This document shows, one piece after another, positions 59,105 to 64,000 of a stretch of DNA of 64,000 nt. The notes beneath the pieces were generated by a model. The model saw only the letters and a program-made list of their open reading frames with translations, had not been told where the DNA came from and searched no databases. Source of the stretch: a virus (taxonomy: Duplodnaviria > Caudoviricetes); the IMG/VR virus record IMGVR_UViG_3300014205_000173; one strand, written 5' to 3'. Position 1 is the first letter of the stretch. Every line of letters starts with the position of its first letter. The position numbers were made by a program, and so were the translations under genes.

Positions 59105-60865
59105 TTATAGATCTAAATTTCCTATTACTCCGTCTGACTCTTCATCGTTTAGTTTTTTAAGAAGTTGTTCTTTGTCAATTAATTTTTCAGGCTCATACTT
59201 TGAAGCTCTAATAGCCCTTCCTGTTTGCCAATTTCTAATATGCTCTATTGGTTCTTTCATGGTACATGACAATGGTATTGTTTTCTTAATTGCATTTAAT
59301 ATGTCTTTTGTTGTTAACATTCTTTTACCATCATTAAAACAAGCAAGAACCCCACTATTAACAGCCCCTTCAAGTTCTGCTCCGGAAAAATTATGACTAT
59401 ACTCAGAAAGTATGTCAAAATCTATTTCATTAATCATCTCAAGCCTTCCTTGTATTTTCAATCTTTTGGAAACATGTATTTTTAATATTTCTTCACGTTC
59501 TTGTTTTACAGGTAAATCTACAACAAAGATTTCATCAAGTCTACCTTTTCTAAATAGCTTTGGAGGACTATCTGAAATATCATTTGCTGTAAATATATTA
59601 AAAACCAACCCTTCGTGTTCAGACATCCATGTTGAAATTAGTCCCAAAACACGACTAGAAGTACCACCATCAGAACCACTATTACTACCACCATTATTTA
59701 CAAAGATGTTCTCGACCTCATCCCACCACAAAACACATGGTGATATTGAATCTGCAAGATTTAAAATATCTTTAGTCCTATTCTCTGATTCTCCCACGTA
59801 CATGCCAAACATACGAGAAACGTCAATCCTTAGCCCGGGCAACTTCCATTCATTTATAATTGCTTTTGCTACAGTTGTTTTTCCAGATCCCCAAGGACCA
59901 ACACACAACAATCCTTTAGGAAGATCACAACCAAAATGAATTGCCTCATCAGATAGACTTGCTTTTCTTTCTCTTAGCCAATCTTTTAAAACATCCAGTC
60001 CACCAATATCGGAAAGATTTTTATTTGGTTCAACATAATCACACGAACCTGATTTTTTTATTATTTGCTTTTTTTCAGAAGAAATTATTCTTGGATCAAG
60101 TGTTTTTGATCTTACAACTGATTTTGTTGTCGCTTCTTCAATCTGTTTTACAGTCATTCCCTTACACGAACTAACAATATCTTGTAAGTCTTCTTTTGAA
60201 AAATTAATAGCTGCTATTGGAGGTTCAGCCTTTTCAAATCTCTTATTCATTGATGGTATAATTTTTTCACTTAAAACCTGTTCAATGTGCAATGAATCAG
60301 GATAGGGCCAATCAACAATATAAACAAGATTTTCTAGCTCTGGAGGCAAAGCCTTACCCTGAATACCAGCATTCCTTGTTGACAACATTATTATTAATTT
60401 TCTTTCAGAGTTTGCTGTATTCTCTGAAAAAAGTCTAAGTCTACGCTGAACATTTGGTTCTCTAAAATAATGATGAAACTCAGAAAGAACATATATATGA
60501 TCTAGTTGTTCGTTCGTAGTGCTTTTTTCACCAGTATATGTTGCAATAAAATCTAAAGCAGAAATAGGATCTGTCTGTCCTGCATCAACTACTTCTTGTA
60601 TGGATTTTCCTTTTTTCAAATTTTGACGAAGCAAACCTCTTGCAACATCCCAAACGAATAAGTCTTTTTTAAACTTATTTCCAGATGTCCCTTCTTCACA
60701 CATCTTATGAAGTATTTCTAGGATGTTTTTCTCTTTTTCGTCAGAAATTATATAAATAATAGGAGTTCTAGATCTTATTAATATTTTCAATTCTTCAGAA
60801 GCCTGATCAAACTTACTTGTTTTTACAACAGAAGTCTCAGTAGGACTATTTAATTTTTTCGACAT
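59105..60865 (-). CDS. AAA+ ATPase, Ycf46-like
   Basis: Degenerate N-terminal AAA, IGGLDVLKDWL, Walker A GPWGSGKT, Walker B LWWDEVE, TAND, RKGRLDE, FSGAEL; probable start MSKK at 60865. Confidence 0.85.
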   Translation of the reverse strand: MSKKLNSPTETSVVKTSKFDQASEELKILIRSRTPIIYIISDEKEKNILEILHKMCEEGTSGNKFKKDLFVWDVARGLLRQNLKKGKSIQEVVDAGQTDPISALDFIATYTGEKSTTNEQLDHIYVLSEFHHYFREPNVQRRLRLFSENTANSERKLIIMLSTRNAGIQGKALPPELENLVYIVDWPYPDSLHIEQVLSEKIIPSMNKRFEKAEPPIAAINFSKEDLQDIVSSCKGMTVKQIEEATTKSVVRSKTLDPRIISSEKKQIIKKSGSCDYVEPNKNLSDIGGLDVLKDWLRERKASLSDEAIHFGCDLPKGLLCVGPWGSGKTTVAKAIINEWKLPGLRIDVSRMFGMYVGESENRTKDILNLADSISPCVLWWDEVENIFVNNGGSNSGSDGGTSSRVLGLISTWMSEHEGLVFNIFTANDISDSPPKLFRKGRLDEIFVVDLPVKQEREEILKIHVSKRLKIQGRLEMINEIDFDILSEYSHNFSGAELEGAVNSGVLACFNDGKRMLTTKDILNAIKKTIPLSCTMKEPIEHIRNWQTGRAIRASKYEPEKLIDKEQLLKKLNDEESDGVIGNLDL

Positions 60866-60959
60866 TGTTTTTCCTATCAATATTAATTTATAACACAACT
60901 AATTAATCGCTATCAGTAGAACAGACTGCCATCAAGATAAAAGGCCAACAACTACGTTT

Positions 60960-61865
60960 TTATGTGAAAAATTTTTTAACAGTTGGAATTGGTTTCAGGC
61001 AAGATGTATTCTCCACATTCTTCCACCAATCTTTTGAATAGAAGTTAAATTCACCCCAAATATTTGAAAATTCATTTCTCCAATCTAAAACGAATAATGA
61101 CTGGTCCCCTTTCTTTTTAATCAACTTACTATCGAAATAAGGCTCCCATAAAATAGAATTCTTGGCTATCATCATAAGTAGTTTTTCTAACAATTCAACA
61201 TCTTCTTTGTATTTTAATAATATTTCCCTAAGAACTATCTCTTGAGTAAGTTTAGCTCCCTTTTCAAAAGACAATAAGTTTTTTAAAGTTATATACTTGT
61301 GAAAAATAGGAATTCCAAAGTTAGAAAGAATTTGAATAGAGTTTAAATTACTAGAATCTAAAATCAACTGCAAATCATCTTCATCACCAGTAAAAGGAAC
61401 ATGGGGTATATAAATTAACGATTCTAGTTTTTCATTCTTTCTTAGTCTTCTATATTGTTTTATATAATGCTCCATTTTACTCTTTGAGGCATCTGTCTTA
61501 AGCATCAATATAGCTAACTCTTTTTTTGCATTAAACATTGTATTAATATATTTAACTAAAAAATTAGAAAATTCAATTGCTGAATACTTCAACTCATCAA
61601 AAGCAAAGGGATATACAATACTAGACATAGTAACAGACTCAGCCTCTATCCTAGAAGGATAGTTTGGATACCTCTCTCCATAAACTTCATAATACTTTCC
61701 AGAAAAATATTGACACCAAATTCTAGAAGTATATGAAGAAATAGGTAGGTTATCACAATGCCTAACTGAACTTTTCTTTACAATATCACTAAACCCTATA
61801 TTTGTTGAATCAGTATTGGTTCCAAATATACTTGAAACCTTCGCCTTTCTAATTGGTGTAGTCAT
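60960..61865 (-). CDS. Hypothetical protein heading the replication operon
   Basis: GAGGT SD; first gene next to the putative origin. Confidence 0.55.
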   Translation of the reverse strand: MTTPIRKAKVSSIFGTNTDSTNIGFSDIVKKSSVRHCDNLPISSYTSRIWCQYFSGKYYEVYGERYPNYPSRIEAESVTMSSIVYPFAFDELKYSAIEFSNFLVKYINTMFNAKKELAILMLKTDASKSKMEHYIKQYRRLRKNEKLESLIYIPHVPFTGDEDDLQLILDSSNLNSIQILSNFGIPIFHKYITLKNLLSFEKGAKLTQEIVLREILLKYKEDVELLEKLLMMIAKNSILWEPYFDSKLIKKKGDQSLFVLDWRNEFSNIWGEFNFYSKDWWKNVENTSCLKPIPTVKKFFT

Positions 61866-61934
61866 AAATACCTCTGAAGGAAGAATAAGATAGTCGTAAA
61901 CCTATAAAGAAGAACAATCAAGTATAGGCCAAAT

Positions 61935-62065
61935 TCTCTTAATTACTAATTATATTAATTGTTTTTATTATTAATTAACAATCCATATTCGTTCTTCACT
62001 TCGTTCATCACTCATATCAGATGTCTTCACATCTGATCAACCCTCCCCCCCCTTTCCCCCCCTCC
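61935..62065. other. Candidate replication origin / divergent control region
   Basis: At the coding-strand switch: AT-rich tract (~61939-61980), tandem TCGTTCWTCACT x2 (61989-62012), 9-bp inverted repeat ATCAGATGT/ACATCTGAT (62016-62037), C-tract (62041-62065). Confidence 0.5.
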
Positions 62066-62195
62066 AAAAATACGATTACTTTACACGATAACTAAAAATG
62101 AGGTTTTTGTGGTTTTTAGGCCACCTGAAATAAGTCAAACAAAACGAGCAAAAAGAATCGTATTCAAAATAATAATTCTACTTAGGATTTTAAAA

Positions 62196-62504
62196 ATGGC
62201 CGAAAAATCAGATATATACCCTCTCCCCTTGTTTCTAACAGCCAAGACGTGTGTTTCCTGTAAACGTCAACTAAAGATGAACGATTATGAGGAAATAGGA
62301 TTTTATTACAATGGGGAACACGAAGGTAAGCTTTTTGTGAGATATAAATGTGAGAGCTGTGAAACAAAAGGTAATATAATAATTGGAGATGAAAACTTTA
62401 ATTTAGAAAAATTATGTACATTTATAATAATAAATTCAAAGTTTTTAAATGAAGGTGAAAAAATATATTGGCAAGAACATTTTTTTGGAGAAGAAAATAA
62501 ATGA
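62196..62504 (+). CDS. Zn-finger protein
   Basis: CVSC...CESC; ATG at 62196 with AGGA upstream preferred over GTG at 62109. Confidence 0.65.
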   Translation: MAEKSDIYPLPLFLTAKTCVSCKRQLKMNDYEEIGFYYNGEHEGKLFVRYKCESCETKGNIIIGDENFNLEKLCTFIIINSKFLNEGEKIYWQEHFFGEENK

Positions 62505-62671
62505 CTTTTTTTAAAAGAATAAACAAAAAAGCATCTTTACAGGAAATAGAAAAAAAAGTCGTAGATCATACTAAGAATGAGATTTTGTGTGAATGTTGTG
62601 GAGAAAAGTTGATTAAAATAAACAACACATATATTTGTACAAACAAAGAATGTAACTTAAAAGGATTGTAA
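62501..62671 (+). CDS. 56-aa Zn-ribbon protein
   Basis: Below the ORF-track cutoff; ATGA-coupled; CECCG...CTNKEC. Confidence 0.65.
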   Translation: MTFFKRINKKASLQEIEKKVVDHTKNEILCECCGEKLIKINNTYICTNKECNLKGL

Positions 62672-62673
62672 TT

Positions 62674-64000
62674 TTGAATCCAAAAATATATATAAAAAAT
62701 ATATGGAGCACGGTTGATGGTCTTCCCCACAACTCATATATGAGGTTGTATGACGAATTATCTTACGATGTTCCCGGGGCTTGTTTTGCGATAGAAAATG
62801 CAAAAAAAATACAAGAACAAGAAGATAGATTTAACTATCTGGCAAATTGGGATGGTAAAAAACATCTTTTAAAAAAAGTAAGAAATAAAGAAAATTCAGC
62901 AACCTTTTTATCTGGACTAATATCTAGAGTTTATAAAATTTTAGTTGAAGAATTTAATGTTTTGCCTGAAATTATAGACGAAAGAACCAAGCCAGAAAAA
63001 ATATTAAATCTTGAATGGAATCCGGAATTTATATTACACAATTACCAGTCTGACGTTGTAACCACTTCATTGAGAAAGGGAAGAGGTTTAATCGAAATGT
63101 CAACTGGAAGTGGCAAAACGTTAGTTGTTTCTAAGATAATTCAAGAAGTTGGTGTTTGTCCTTTTATTTTTTATGTTCTAACTAAAGACTTAATGTATCA
63201 AGCAAAAGAAAGATTAGAAGAGTATATTAAAGATCTAAAGGTCGGAGTTATAGGAGATGGGATTTGCGATATAAAAGAAATTAATATAATGACAATACAA
63301 ACAGCATATAGGTGTTACGAAAAACCATCAAAGAAAGAAAAAGAAAAATTTTTAGATCTAGATGAGTCGGATCTAAAGAAAATAAAAAGCGAAAAACTAG
63401 ATCATTTAAAAAAGAAAGAATCTATTATAGATTTAATAGAAAGCGCAAAAGGTATATATATAGATGAATGTTTAGTTGGAAATACTAAAATTATAAATAG
63501 CGATGGTATTCCAATTGAAATTTGTAAAATTAGAAATGGAGAAAATATTTTAGGAGGTTGTGTTTCTAACTTTTTTTCTAAAAATGTAGATTCTGTTGAA
63601 AAAATAATTCATTCTTGTGGAGAATTAACAACTTCTTTAAGACACAAACATCTTTGCATAAAACATGAAACTTTATCAAATGGACAAAGAAAATTTAGGC
63701 TTAAAGATGCAATTGAAAAAGATGTAGAAGAATGTATAGCCTCAAAATTAGAAGTAAATGATTTTTTATTAGTTCCAACATCAATTATTCATAATCCTAA
63801 AGAAGATAATAAATTAACCTTTAATCAAATGAGATTAATTGGTGCAATAATGGGGGATGGGCACATTGAGTTATATGGGTATAAGGTTAAAATAAATGTA
63901 TCAAAAGATTATGAATGGTTTAAAGAAGTTTTCGAAAGTGGTCTTAAGGATTTTGGAATAATAAATTATATATCAAAAATAGATTCAATGGGAAATTTAT
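62674..64000 (+). CDS. UvsW/XPB-like SF2 helicase with intein, truncated by window edge
   Basis: Hand translation from TTG at 62674: WDGK, LHNYQ (Q motif), MSTGSGKT (Walker A), VLTKDLMYQ, TIQT, YIDE (Walker B). Confidence 0.88.
   Translation, partial: MNPKIYIKNIWSTVDGLPHNSYMRLYDELSYDVPGACFAIENAKKIQEQEDRFNYLANWDGKKHLLKKVRNKENSATFLSGLISRVYKILVEEFNVLPEIIDERTKPEKILNLEWNPEFILHNYQSDVVTTSLRKGRGLIEMSTGSGKTLVVSKIIQEVGVCPFIFYVLTKDLMYQAKERLEEYIKDLKVGVIGDGICDIKEINIMTIQTAYRCYEKPSKKEKEKFLDLDESDLKKIKSEKLDHLKKKESIIDLIESAKGIYIDECLVGNTKIINSDGIPIEICKIRNGENILGGCVSNFFSKNVDSVEKIIHSCGELTTSLRHKHLCIKHETLSNGQRKFRLKDAIEKDVEECIASKLEVNDFLLVPTSIIHNPKEDNKLTFNQMRLIGAIMGDGHIELYGYKVKINVSKDYEWFKEVFESGLKDFGIINYISKIDSMGNL
63469..64000 (+). 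mobile_element. Intein with LAGLIDADG homing endonuclease inserted in the helicase DExH box
   Basis: Block A CLVGNTKI directly after DE; block B LTTSLRHKHL; LAGLIDADG-like LIGAIMGDG at about 63835-63861. Confidence 0.88.

Noticed and set aside
5356-60174. Many short plus-strand ORFs and nested alternative-frame minus-strand ORFs in the ORF track
   Set aside because: They lie inside long motif-bearing genes, lack SDs and motifs, and look like antisense or alternative-frame shadows.
1-64000. tRNA/rRNA genes, CRISPR arrays, integrase, or a cellular/archaeal origin of the contig
   Set aside because: No cloverleaf or repeat array was seen in the few intergenic gaps. Tail module synteny and bacterial-type replication genes indicate a bacteriophage despite the archaeal-like actin.

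Overview
An AT-rich segment of a large tailed dsDNA bacteriophage genome (Caudoviricetes-like). The host is probably bacterial, given DnaE, DnaG, DnaB, RecA, ClpP, SpoVS and a sigma-like factor. Genes from 1 to 61865 are all on the minus strand, and the coding strand switches to plus after a structured non-coding gap at about 61.9-62.1 kb that looks like an origin. Reading along the minus strand there are two blocks. (1) A replication/recombination/regulation block (61.9-38.5 kb): Ycf46-like AAA ATPase, DnaC-like loader, DnaB, a primase split into a CHC2 Zn-finger gene and a distant TOPRIM gene, DUF151-like protein, ClpP, a DnaE split in two without an intein, SSB, RecA, Cas4-like nuclease, sigma-like factor, SpoVS, Gam-like protein, UVR-motif protein and an AmmeMemoRadiSam-type radical SAM enzyme. 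(2) After a terminator, a morphogenesis block (38.4 kb-1): neck proteins, tail tube, duplicated tail chaperones, tape measure, hub and fibre proteins. It is interleaved with glycosyltransferase/methyltransferase genes and an actin-fold ATPase that closely resembles haloarchaeal volactin. On the plus strand a UvsW-like SF2 helicase with a LAGLIDADG intein runs off the window end. There is also a decayed IS200/IS605 tnpB remnant and strong avoidance of CCWGG. The best candidate for a novel system is the late-gene cassette of volactin-like actin, shared-domain adaptor(s) and glycosyl/methyl-transferases. No capsid, portal, terminase, tRNA or CRISPR array was seen. All family calls come from motif recognition by eye, not database searches.
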